A DNA stretch of 62,669 nucleotides, filler included, from Sphacelaria rigidula (Eukaryota): assembly GCA_964200075.2 (NCBI GenBank). It is 4 parts of 4 records of this genome, joined end to end, with 100 filler letters (N's around TTAATTAATTAA, not from the genome) between each part and the next. Parts side by side here need not be neighbours in the genome. Positions count along the whole stretch, not along the records: positions 31,388 to 46,980 come from CAXNAA020001680.1; positions 47,081 to 62,669 come from CAXNAA020001681.1; 2 more parts are not named here. The stretch is one strand, 5' to 3'. The stretch's first letter is position 1, and each line of letters begins with the position of its first letter. Shown piece after piece: positions 39,101-50,857 of the stretch. Position numbers and translations under genes: made by a program. A model generated the notes under the pieces. That model ran no database searches. It saw only the letters and a program-made list of their open reading frames with translations, and was not told the DNA's origin.

Positions 39101-41018
39101 CTGTACATTTTTAGTTGACGTGGTTGTCCGGGTATTTGAAGTGTATTGCCTGAAATGAGATCTACCCTGAACCCTGCACGAAAAGTAGTGTAGGTGTGTC
39201 CCATGTTTTGAATCTTCGCGAGTGACAAGAGGTGATGACGGACGTAAGGTACATGGTCAACATGCATTAATTTGCGCGTCACATCCTGTCCGTCAGATCT
39301 GAAGGCAAGAGACAAATTTCCTCTGCCTACGATCGGGTAAGTACTACCACCCACGCACCGTGGTACCCTACCCTGCCACTCTCTGTACTCCGTCATCCCA
39401 TGGGAATCGTAGTAGGAATGCTGGGTAATCCCCGTGTCAAATACCCACGGGTCGCCCTCACCCTGCTGTCTATCACCCTCTTGCCCAACACTCGATACAT
39501 ACTCGCCTGTTTCGCCGTTGATGGTGGTGTCGAAAGAGGTGAAAGTCTCCCCGTCTGCCACCGAGCAAACGGAGCTGTCGCTGTCGTCGGCCGCGCCCAT
39601 CGCCATCGCCACATCTTTTGTTTTGCTGTTGATCTCGAACAGTCCCAGAAGGTGTACTCCTGTTGACCACACCTCCCGCAGTATCTCTTCCTGCACTTCC
39701 TGGCTCGGTGCGTTGTGTCCTCGTCGCGAACGTGGCAGCGGAGAAGCTTCAGAGTCGCTGGTTTGCCGTCCGACGATGCCGACCCAGAGCTACTAGAACT
39801 CTGGCTCCGGCCATTTTTCTGACTAGAGCCCTTGGGTTTTCCCGGTTTTCCCTCGCGGTGTGCACCGCTCGATTTTCCGGTCCCACCCCTGGCAAGGAGA
39901 GTATGGTCGCCCGGGGATGACTTCTTTCCCCGGGCAAGTTCCTGCTTCAAAGCGATCGATTCGGAGCGCTTTCGGACCGAGGTTAGCACAACCTCCCGTG
40001 TCAGCGGCCCCTCTCGATCCTCCAGCGACTGCTTCTGAACGTGATGCTCGTACGTCAATGATTGAAGGTGTTTCAAGAGAATGTGGTTTTCGCTTAGGGG
40101 TTGATGTTACTCGTCTGGATTCAGGTCTCGTGTAATTTCCTCCATCTCGAACAGCTTCTGCTCTGGATCATCACAAGCACCAATCTTGACTCCATCGAGT
40201 TTTTCCAACAAAACGGCTCTCGCCCCATTTGTTTTGGGGCGAAAGACATCCGCGAGTTTTCTCCAAACCGCACCAGGTGAGTGGACTTTGAGCAAGATAT
40301 CTTGCTCTCTCTTTCCTTCTAAACTGGCAACAAGCATCCGTGTCGCCCTCACCTGGGCTGCCACTGTGTCCTTCCCGTATCTAGTTTCTAGATACCCCGG
40401 TGCTATTCAGGGTCACCGACGTCTACATCGTGCGAAGTATCACCGGCCATGGTAAACACCCCGTCAATTTCATCACCCCTCGCGAAGTTGAGCTCATGTC
40501 TGTACCAAGCATAATTAGCGTTCTTCCCTGAAACGTTTGGGACGTTCTGTCGAAAAACGGGAACTCCTGACACATTTCCACTTGCATCGTTTATTAAGAT
40601 TGACTCACGTGCGGGGACAAAGCCCCTAGCTCCGTCACTTGTGGCCTCGTTGTCTCCTGCGTCGCGCTCCTTCCTCCGGAACAGCTTGAGTCCCGATGTA
40701 CTGTCGGTCTCTTCGAACTCCGGCGCCATGTCGCTCCACTGTCCTGTTTGTGCTGGATTCCCCCTGTTGACTATGGGAACCATCACTATCGAGGACGTCA
40801 TTGGTTTCTGCACCCCCGGCTTCTCTTACGACCCTCATATCGTCCATGTCACTCTGTAATGCAGCTTGGTTTAACTGCAAATCACGCAGTAGCTGAGCCA
40901 TGGAAGTCAACTGGCTATTCACCTTCCCCAGTTGCTCCTAAACACCCTGCTCACCGACTACTGTCGCAGGCCCACTACCTTGATCTGCTATTCTGCCCAA
41001 CCGGTTGTAACCCTGGTG

Positions 41019-41256
41019 TATTCCGTGGCCCGTGGTGTAGGATATGTCGTTTTATCTCTTGTGTTATTGGAGAGTGCCTTGACGGAGTCGATCCTATGCT
41101 AGAGGGATCAGATGTGGAGTAAGGACAGGCGGCAACGTCGCAGCCGGCCCGAGCATGGTACTGCAGTCACACACACTTGACTACCAGTACCCGTGCGTCA
41201 GCAGAAATCTATCCGCACGTGTGCATGTTCACTCAGTGTACCCGTTCACATGAACA
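41019..41256 (-). repeat. 5' LTR of the copia element (238 bp)
   Basis: Direct repeat of 35943-36180; reads TG...TA in element orientation. Confidence 0.95.
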
Positions 41257-42435
41257 ACGTACTCTTGAGTGCCGCTGCAAAGGTGGTATTCCCTCTGGCC
41301 CGAAAGCCACGTATACCGGGGTGGTTTGACAATGCTGAAATCCGAACGGAATTTGAACAGGCCTGAATGGAGAGAGAAAAGGTCAGATCAACAGTGAGAC
41401 TGGAATCATCTCCAGATATATCCGCATGGCGCACATTGCAAGCAGCATGTGAAACGGTCAAACAGGTGATCCAAGTTGGGGTGGACAACTATGTAGTGTG
41501 AATGCTAGAGAAGTAGAAGGGTACACTCGAGCGGGGGACGTGAGAGGATGGTACAGACATCTCAACGGAGGGTGGAGACTGTGTGGACGACCAATCGAGA
41601 GCGAGCGGTACATTCGAGAGGAGAAAGGCAAGATACTGCGAGGCAAAGGTTTGGTCAGTGGAAGATGGGAACGGTACTTCTCTACATCGCTAAACGCCAT
41701 ATCGGCAACTATGGACCGAACGTCATCGAGGAGATTGCTCAGCGACCAATAGCGTTTTCACTAGGAGACCCGCCAAGCCCAAGTGAAACTGAGGAGGCTT
41801 TGAGAGCTATGTCGAACGGCAAAGCAACCGATCCGGATGGTACTCCTGTTGAAATCCTGAGGCTTGGACTGAACGCACAGTCGTCGGAGATTCTGTACCA
41901 CTTCCGCAGCGTCGTTTTCGAACAGGGGGCGAGGTGCCGCAAGAATGGAAATATGTCACTATCAAAGTGCTGCACAAAACAAAATATAGGACCGAGTGTG
42001 TTAACAACAGAGGCATTTCACTTGCGGCACATACTGCTGAAGTTCTCCTCAAATATCGTAGCCAACAGGCTCGGTAGGTTTTGGGAGGAAGCAGGTGTCT
42101 TCCCGGAAGAACAGTGTGGATGTGGGCGGGAGAGATGGACCACAGAGGCATGATATTCGTAGTGCGCCGACTTCAAGAGTCGGGACGGGCGAGCAACGTC
42201 CTACTAAACATGTGCTTGATCGGCCTGCAGAAAGTCTACGATAACGTAGACCGCACGCTCCTGCGGGAAGTGCTTGCTCGGTTCGGAGTGCCGTCGCGAA
42301 TGATCTCGATCATCCGCATGTTTCACGACGGCATGCGAGCTCGGGCACGCCGAGATAGTGGCAAACGATCAGCGTGGTTCCATGTCTGCCAGGTACTCAG
42401 ACAAGGTTGAGTTTCGTCCTCGCTGTTGTTCAGTC
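41257..42435 (+). mobile_element. RTE-like LINE, continuation (linker and N-terminal half of reverse transcriptase), truncated
   Basis: PGWFD linker, [63 protein letters not shown] and LRQG*VSSSLLF, followed by unrelated sequence. Confidence 0.92.
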
Positions 42436-44290
42436 TTCGGATCAGGCTTTGTTCCGTGATAAGTGACCCGTACACCGAGACAGAGGGACACAGCTAGCTG
42501 GTGAAGTCGATCAAACAACACTGCCGAGTCTATCAGGTTGTTGTGGAAAAGTAGTAAGACATAGCTAGACCCAGCAAAGAGACGCAAGTGATTTGGGTGG
42601 CGATCCAACACCATGAGGCGCGAGTCCTCTCAACCAGACAGTACGCACGCGAGTCCAATACATACGCCGACTACTATAGCAACTCCCACCGCATGTAGCT
42701 GTCAAAATATGGGAAGATAAGCACCTCTGTAGCGTAGCATCCAATCAGTACTGTAGTCTATATTGAAGAGCCTGTTTACTCTACTACCCAGCTTGCACTG
42801 GCAATTCCGTCGTAGGCTTAGAGGAAACAGTCCAGAGAAAATCAAATCATCTGGGCGGAGACACCTCTCCGTACTACGCACGTCATCAAACACGTGCTTG
42901 CGAACAAAGACCACGCCTGTCCTTAGAGACATCACAAACAAATGTTTCAGGTGCTCACCTTTCGAAACTTTACACCGGAATCCATTGTCCAAACCGCATT
43001 CAAAGCCTTGCACGTGAAGATCCCCATCAGCATTCTTATTATCGTCACATCAGCTTGATCTCTCGAACCCGTGGTCACAGAGTGCAAGGAGCATACCACT
43101 CATGCCGATAAATCAAACAGACCACAGAAAAAGACAAGAAACAAAGCATCTACACGAAAAAGGGCATCTGCACCACTAAAGATCCGTATGGTACCGATTG
43201 AAGTACAAGAGATCTGCTTCAATTCAAAAGGCCCCGGCGTAGGATCTCTCCGACTACCTTGCCACGTACTGGTGGATACACAGAGTAGTAACAGCGAGTA
43301 AACCGATAGTCGAAACCGTCGCGTAGAACAGAGACCAACCCCAAGATAAATATTCTGTATAGAGTGCTGTTCAAAGCGATTCTCTACAAAGCATGCGCAC
43401 CGGGGACTGAACAGCATCAGATAGACAGTTAAAAAAAATGACAAATGCAATGAAAGGAAGGGCCGATGGCAACAATCGAGGAGGGAAGCCAGAAACTACG
43501 ACCTCCCTCGGGTTCTGGTCAACTAGCATAGTTATGGAACAAAACAGACAGGGCGTGTCTAGCCTACACACCGCACAGCGCAATCAGCAAAATGCAGAAT
43601 CTTTTCAGAGTGTCCTACATCCAACCATGAAAACATGGGATGCCATCTGTGTGTAGTAAGCATGGGATGCCATCTGTGTGTAGTACCCACAACAAACAAC
43701 TATCTCAAAAGTCCAACAGAAACATGGTATTCCGCCCTCAACAAAATTAGCCGCCTGCTCTGCTCTTCTCAGCTGTAAGGTTCTCTTCGAAGTTGATCTC
43801 CTGATGCTCCCATCTGTCCTCACCAGCGTCCATGGCCAACCCAACCGCTCATCGTCGTTGGTGTCCATCATACCAAACAGTGCCACCTCTGCTTCCTTTC
43901 GTGATGAAACATTTCCGCCTTCGTTATGCACTCTGCTTCTGGTCTGAACCAAGTGTCCCGTCCAGGAGGCTCAACCATACCTAACCCGTACGTCGACGAC
44001 CGCTTCTCCTCCATCCTTGTCGCCGAAACCAGTGTCCGCGCACCGGCACTCGCTCCGTTGTATCAAAGGTGTGCGTGCCAGCTTTCGACAGCGGTGTCGT
44101 CTGCCTCCGTGCACACACCGAATCCCAACATGCCCGCACTGAGGGTGTTGATACATCACGCTGCTTGTAACGCAGGACATGCCCACACTCAGGGTGTTGA
44201 CATAGTACACTGCTGCATTACAGCAGGGGTGGGTGTGACTGATAAGCACGGTCCTGACCCAACCCTACCACCACACCACGGCCTTGGCAA
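42436..44290 (-). mobile_element. Possible highly decayed 5' portion of a second LTR retrotransposon (LTR, gag, protease)
   Basis: PBS-like TGGTTGAGCC near 43975, gag-like start VQTRSR at 43952, protease-like WTMDSG near 42990, and RCTGHLS near 42470. Short motifs only. Confidence 0.35.
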
Positions 44291-44974
44291 AGGGTAGTAG
44301 TGAGAAGCTATCACTCCTTGAAGGTGATTCCGGCCCTACACCCGCCGAGAAGACGCTCCTCACGCCGTACCGACAAGACCGGTCATGGCCTTCGTTGGAG
44401 GATGGGGAACGGAGTATACCAAGCCTCAAATTCAAGCTCTCGCGATACAAGAATTATATCCGTGCTTGGAACTCACACGTCTTGTGCTTTTCAGTGGTGC
44501 AAGCAATGCCGTACATACCGAGTATCGGTTCAGACAATCATGTAGCTTGCAACACAGTACAAAATCAAACCCCTCAGATGGGGCTTATTTCACGCCCGTC
44601 TTGCAGTGCGGCGTGCGCATCATGAAGTACAAGTACTCGATGTTTCAAATTCTCAAGATAAAAATATTCAAAGTAGGGAACAGAAAACATTATCTCAAAG
44701 ACTATGCAACTCTCACGTCGCGATCTGGAGCAATACAGAAAACCTTCCGGCATACAGTCAGTCAAGCATACAATAATAGAGGTGTCTCAAACTCGGCTCC
44801 CGGTATCCTGGTTTGGTCGCTGGCTCTGGGTTACGTGCACTGCTTTCACGTGAAAGTGATCGCGATTCATGGGAGGACCTGACCTGGCGGTCGAAGGGTC
44901 TCATCATCTGATGAATCATCATCACTTTCACTTAAAAAAATAGAACAAAACAAACCAGGATACCGGGAGCCGAG

Positions 44975-45117
44975 TTTGAGATACTGTACCTCTTATAAAG
45001 TACAACTTTTCTTTCATTTTGTTTCTCTTTTTCTGATCACGAGCTGGGGTGATGCAAGCAGCTACGAAATGCGAGGTGAACGTTTTGTTGTGTTGTCTGT
45101 GTTTGTGTGTGTGTGTG

Positions 45118-45162
<45 letters not shown>

Positions 45163-45325
45163 CGCTGCGTCCTCTCTATTTTCGTTCTATGACTGTTCTG
45201 CCTTTTTCTGTTTTTACCCTTCTTTCTTTCTCATTCTGATTTGTTTTGCTGGTCCTGACCACGGGCTGGATTGCTGCAATCAGCTAATATGAGATAACAA
45301 TCAAATAACCCGACAATCAACCACG
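44975..45325 (+). mobile_element. LINE/SINE 3'-UTR fragment with internal (GT)n(GTT)n microsatellite
   Basis: T-rich tract, (GTT)~14 at 45118-45162, then CTGACCACGGGCTGGATT and an ACAATCAAAT...CAATCAACC tail. Confidence 0.55.
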
Positions 45326-46980
45326 TATATAAAACTCTACCCCGCGATCAGGCGGAGCGAACGTTCCTCAACGACTTCCAACACGCGCAATCAAAAGTAC
45401 ACAATGGCATCACGGCCTCCCTCCCTTATTTTCCGCTTTCAACCAGTCTACATCTCTCTCTCTCTCCCCTCGTTTTAGGCTACGGCAAGAGGGGCGCTCC
45501 TCCATCGGCATTGTTTCCTCCCTCCACGTGGGTCATATAACTGTGGCATGCACGATCATGAGTACACCCCTCCACCAAGAAAGACCAGCGGGGGTTGTGC
45601 TCGTTGCCGGTTACGTCCACTCAAACATTTAGCTTGACACCTATCCCCGCAGAAATAATTTAAAGTGTCGAGCTTCAGTGGAACGTGAGGCTTGACACGG
45701 AACAAGGGGGCGTGGTGGAAATATCTAGAATCATATCAGTTTCCAGGTCTCATCAACAGTGATATCTCACTCCACGAACCGTTTCACTTACACACTACAC
45801 AGTCCGAAACCCTGTTCCATGAAGACTTGCATCTCAACAGTCATCAGTACTTTACGCGAATGAATCCATGCTTCTTCACTATGAATCCATGCTTCATCAC
45901 TAGTATACAGCATTTCAGCTACATTCTTGTTGATACATGCATGTTGTTCGAACGTGCTCGCGTACTTTGTGATGGGTCCAGTTTGCCAGGTTAAACCTCG
46001 GCCAACAAACAAAAGCAATTGACGCTCTACACTCTTGCCATGCAGTACAAGCATTTCTACATACCGCACGTAATTCCAGTGCCGTCAACATACAGCTTGA
46101 CCACCTATCACATGAGGTGAAAATGAGCATTTCTTCTTTCGTCACGTCATGTGAAAACATATTTTGTCTATCACATGACGGCCTAGCTTTGCCAGCCTAC
46201 AGCTCCATAACTAATCAAAACGGGTGCAATGTAGCGGTTCTTATTTCTCATGCCATGCCTAACATGTTTCGCATACATGCCACTTACGGCCTCCACCCGG
46301 TTGACAATTTCAGCGTAACAGGCAACCAGTAATGCGCGATGCGCATCTCAGTCTGTACCTCATAGTGCACCGGTCATTACTATTCTAATTGAAACACCCT
46401 CCCTCCTCCCCAGTTATACAATATGATTGATGTTTGCGGATGATTTTGTGGGGATTTCTGAAACAGCCGAAGGATAACAGAAACAGGTAGACAAGACGCT
46501 AAAATACACCAAGAAATGGAAAGTGACAGCCAGCGTGAACAAATGCGCGGTATCCGCCTGTAACGAAGATACCAAAATCTTACAGATTTGAATGGAAGTG
46601 GAGAGAAGAGGAATTACTACTCCAATGTGCTGGGGATATCCCGAATGAATTTGCAAACGGGGATGTCCTGACCCAATTTTGTGCATCTTGAATCGTTAGG
46701 AGCCCCTGGACTAAACATAATTTCGCGAAAAAAGTGCACCCCTATCGTAGCATTGCTCAGTCGCTGGTTCGATTCCCGTCGGACGAACTTTCTTTAAAAA
46801 GAAAGGAGGAGAGAAAATCTCTGTAAAAAATTGGCCCAAAAGAAAAGGGGTGGGGTATAGTCTGGTGGCTATGTTTGGAGTGTACTGTAAGGACCCCAAT
46901 GCACACACTCTTGAAATGAGTGGGGGAGACGAGTAACTCTAGGATACGGTGAAAGCGACAACACTAGAGGTCCGGATGGC

Positions 46981-47080
46981 NNNNNNNNNNNNNNNNNNNN
47001 NNNNNNNNNNNNNNNNNNNNNNNNTTAATTAATTAANNNNNNNNNNNNNNNNNNNNNNNNNNNNNNNNNNNNNNNNNNNN
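46981..47080. other. Artificial contig spacer N44-TTAATTAATTAA-N44
   Basis: Identical 100-nt spacer. Confidence 0.99.
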
Positions 47081-47156
47081 CATAAGATGCCCAGTACCAA
47101 TGTACCGCGCAGATATCGGAACGGCTTTTAATGTGAAGACAACAACAACAACAACC

Positions 47157-48705
47157 CGATCTACTCAAATTTTGAGTACAATATTTGAGGCCATACTCAA
47201 CCTACCCAGAATTTCAATAGAGTATTCGAGGCCGTACTCGACCTACTCGATATGTGAGTAAAGTATTGGGGTCAAACCCAAGTAATACATTATACTCAAG
47301 TATTACTGAGTATGCATACTCAATATTTGAGTAGAGTACTGGAGATCGTACTGGATCTACTCAGAATTTGAGTAGAGTATTCGAGGCCTTACTCGACCTA
47401 CTCAAAACTTGGGTAGAGTATTTGAGATCATCCGAATCGTTATCTGATTTATGCGGCAGCTTTCACTTGCTTGACGATTGAACTTTCCGGACCTGTTCTC
47501 CGGGTCCACGGGCTTCATGAAATTACCAGTAGAGTACGTGTAAGAGTCTTCCCGGCGACCCATTTGTTGGTATTCGTCGGGGACCCGGAAGCTCTCGATC
47601 GCCGCAATCGTTTCCTGTGGCACCGTGTACACATTTCCGTTAGTTCTGTACAAAGGGGCCGTCTCTACAACTCGGACCGCCGGAGCCTCTTTTGGGGTCA
47701 GGTCTATCACTGGCCCCGTCGCGCCTTCTCCTGTTCCTTCGTCAGGCGACTATCCCGATGCTCCCGCGTCCTGCACTGTTCCCACCGCTGACTCTCCCAT
47801 GGAGGAGTCACATATGTGGCCAGAGTCGCTCATTTTGATATTACCTACTCGACTACCCGTCTACTCGATTGCTCAATGTTGATGAGTAGCGCTCTGTACC
47901 GAAAGTGATATCGAAGACGTTGCAAGGTATCGAGTATGTACTGCCGTGGGTGGGTGCTGGTATTGGGGCGCTGGGGCAGGTAGTTTCACTGTTTATTCAC
48001 CTGCACGCTTTTTTATTTCTTTATGGTCATTATTCCCTCATACTCCTTGTAGCCATGGTCATCATTCGCTCATACTCCTTGTAGCCTGTAACGTAACGCC
48101 AGCCATCAAATTGATGACCATCGTTCGCCCATGTATTCAACAAAGTCTGTGAAGTGACGTCACGAAGTCGCCGACGGTCACGGTTACTCATCACACCCAA
48201 GTGATACACTATACTCAAGTATATTACTGATAGTGCTTACTCAATATTTGAGTAGAGTATTAGCGGTCGCACTCGACCTACTCAATATTTGATTCGAGTA
48301 TGTGAGGCCGCACTCGACCTACTCAAACTTTGAGTATTGAGGTCATACTCAAGTGATACTCTACACTCAAGTATAACTGAGATTGCTTACTCAATATTTG
48401 AGTGGAGTAACTGAGGTTGTACTTGATCTACTCAAAATTTGAGTATGAGTATTTGAGGCCGTCCTTGACGTACTCAAACTTTGAGTAGAGTGTTGAGGTC
48501 ATACCCAAGTGATACTCTATACTCGAGTATTACTGAGAGTGCTTACTCAATATTTGAGTAGAGAACTTGGGGTCGTACTGGATCTACTCAAATTTTGAGT
48601 AGAGTATTTGAGACCGTACTCGACGTACTCAAAATTGAGTAAAGTAAGCACTCGAGTCTTTCCCTCGAGTACTCGAAAGTACATACTCTACTCGACCTAC
48701 CCTTG
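47157..48705. repeat. Two arrays of ~40-bp palindromic units (CTACTCAAATTTTGAGTAGAGTATTxGAGGCCGTACTCGAC) at 47157-47430 and 48185-48705, with unique spacer sequence between
   Basis: More than 15 TACTCAA...TTGAGTA hairpin words, with a visible higher-order repeat of several unit types. Confidence 0.85.
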
Positions 48706-49264
48706 GAGTTCTGCACCTAGATGGCACCCAAAGATACAACAGCTGCACAGCTATCACATCACTGTGTTCAACTCTGTTGATGGACAGCACTGCTCCCACC
48801 CCAATACTGTACAGACCGGAACACCGCAGCCGTACAGTAGCCTAGGCAATGTCCACCGCAGATCACACTGTCTACGCAGTGTTCAGACGCACCGTAGTAG
48901 AACGTCAAGTACAGAATAGAAATGATGGGTGCAGGCACAATGAGCTTCGTTCGCTGCACCGAAGACCCAACGTGCAAAACATCATGACGCTTTCGAAAAT
49001 ATGTAGACATGACTGCGCGCCGACTGCAAGGCTTGTACCGAACGGGACACAACAACAGTACAGTAGTTCAGGTATTCCCCAGCGCAGATCAAAACGCCTT
49101 CGCGGGGTTCAAACGCACCACACTACAGTGTCAGCTACAGCACAGGGTTGATGGGTCTGGGCACGAAGCGCCTTGTTTGTTGCGAAAGATACACCATTCA
49201 ACAAACAGACGATGACGTTTTAACTTTTACAAAACATCATCGTGTGCCGACTCAAACTATTTCA

Positions 49265-49721
49265 CACCCTGAAGAATCCAATATGTAATGTATATAGATA
49301 TATATATATATATTGCCCGCTCAATATGTCGACGCGTCGGGTGGTCAAATTATATCGGCCGAGCAATATGATGGCACGAGAGAAGTTCAATACATATTGT
49401 GCCATCAATGTCAAGTCTCGCGACATGCAATACATATCGACCGAACAATACATCACGACACGCGCCACCTCGAAATATTATGGCCGAGTAAGATGTTGGT
49501 GCGGTAAGGCACTAATATATATATTTGTCGAGTAATATTTTGACTGCCACACGAGGTCGATATATATTGATGATTAAAAATACTCAACACCCGAAGCGCC
49601 AATATATATTGCCGCCCCAATATGTCGTGCGTCAATGTGTCCAATATATATTGGGCGGACAATACACGGGGGAAGGGGCGGTCACAATACATATTGGTGT
49701 AGCAATACTTCGAAGTATGTA

Positions 49722-49752
<31 letters not shown>

Positions 49753-50857
49753 CAACATGTAGATTGGAACGTGTATTGGAATTAGTACCGTGGGCAGTTC
49801 TATGTTCGCGGGCGCCATTGAAACATGTATCACCACATGCCGCAAACGCTCAATATATTCCTCCGCAAGCGTGTTCGAAATTATATTGACTGCACAAAAG
49901 CTATGCGATTAGGGTGCAAGAAGAATGCACAAAATAAAAACACGACCGGCATGCACGATATATATTGAATGTACTGTTCCTGGAGCAAATGCGTGTCCAA
50001 TACATATATTGTCATGCATTACTTCACGATCATGACACGAGAAATATATGCTGTTGCTTCAATGTCTCCGAGGATATCTCAACACAATATGTATTGAAAG
50101 GTCAATTTTCGCGGTATCTACCCTACAAAGCGTTGTTATCATATTGGAAGACATTGTCCAGGGTACGAGCAACCCAGCACCGGTGACCACAGGGGCACCA
50201 AAAGACGCATATCGACCCGCGTTTTCTGTCCTCGTGATGGTTACCGAAGATAAATTACATGCTATGAAGGAGATGGGCGGCCCCGTACTGGTGGCCAGAT
50301 CGGTATCAGAAGGCATGTACACCCGGTCGCCTTTTCTGCCACCATATTTTCTGACCAGTATATATATATATATATGAAACGAATTCAACAACTCTTCGCA
50401 TCAACCACGCAAACTGCTGCGGCTGCCTTCGAAGCTTTTCCCAATCTGCACGGGCTCCGGCATCCACCGCGTCCGGATCTTTCTTGAAATGTAAACGATA
50501 CTTATAATATCCAATATATATTGACCGGCCAATACATTGGCACCCACGCAGACCCAATATATTTTGACCGGTCAATATTTTCCCACCACTGCGACCCTAA
50601 TATATATATTGGTCGTGCAATATGCCGTCGCCCACACTGCCCCAATATATATTCATGGGACGAAATGTGTTCAACCCCACGCTACGAATATACATTGGGC
50701 GAGCACTATGTATGCAGTCCCATGACATCAATATATATTAGGCGCGCGATACGTGCGCAGTCCAAGGGTACCAATATATATTACGCCGGCAATATATCAC
50801 AATATTCCAGTATGATCGACTAGTATATGTTGAAAACATATTGTATTGTCCAGGGTG
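49265..50857. mobile_element. Non-autonomous TIR DNA transposon with CAATATAT/ATATATTG subterminal repeats
   Basis: Left CACCCTGAAGAATCCAATATGT versus reverse complement of the right end CACCCTGGACAATACAATATGT (3 mismatches in 22). An extra right-type end ATTGTCCAGGGT lies near 50153-50164. Confidence 0.8.

Larger units (their letters stand above)
35943..41256 (-). mobile_element. Full-length Ty1/copia LTR retrotransposon, internally frameshifted
   Basis: Order gag, protease (WVFDTGITQH), GAG-pre-integrase (FHCAHAHVHE..C..C), integrase (VFVDLSGP, VRSDNGGE, PQFNGVAERA), RT (KAKARLVARGFGQ, HLDVTQAFVQA, VHVDG), RNase H (CDADYA, YEDNEGA, RSKHIDVTYHFIRE). Two 238-bp LTRs. TSD ACGTA at 35938-35942 and 41257-41261. 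Confidence 0.97.

Noticed and set aside
47157-48705. CRISPR-like appearance of the palindromic repeats
   Set aside because: Units are degenerate and contiguous, with no unique equal-length spacers and no cas genes, in a eukaryotic context.
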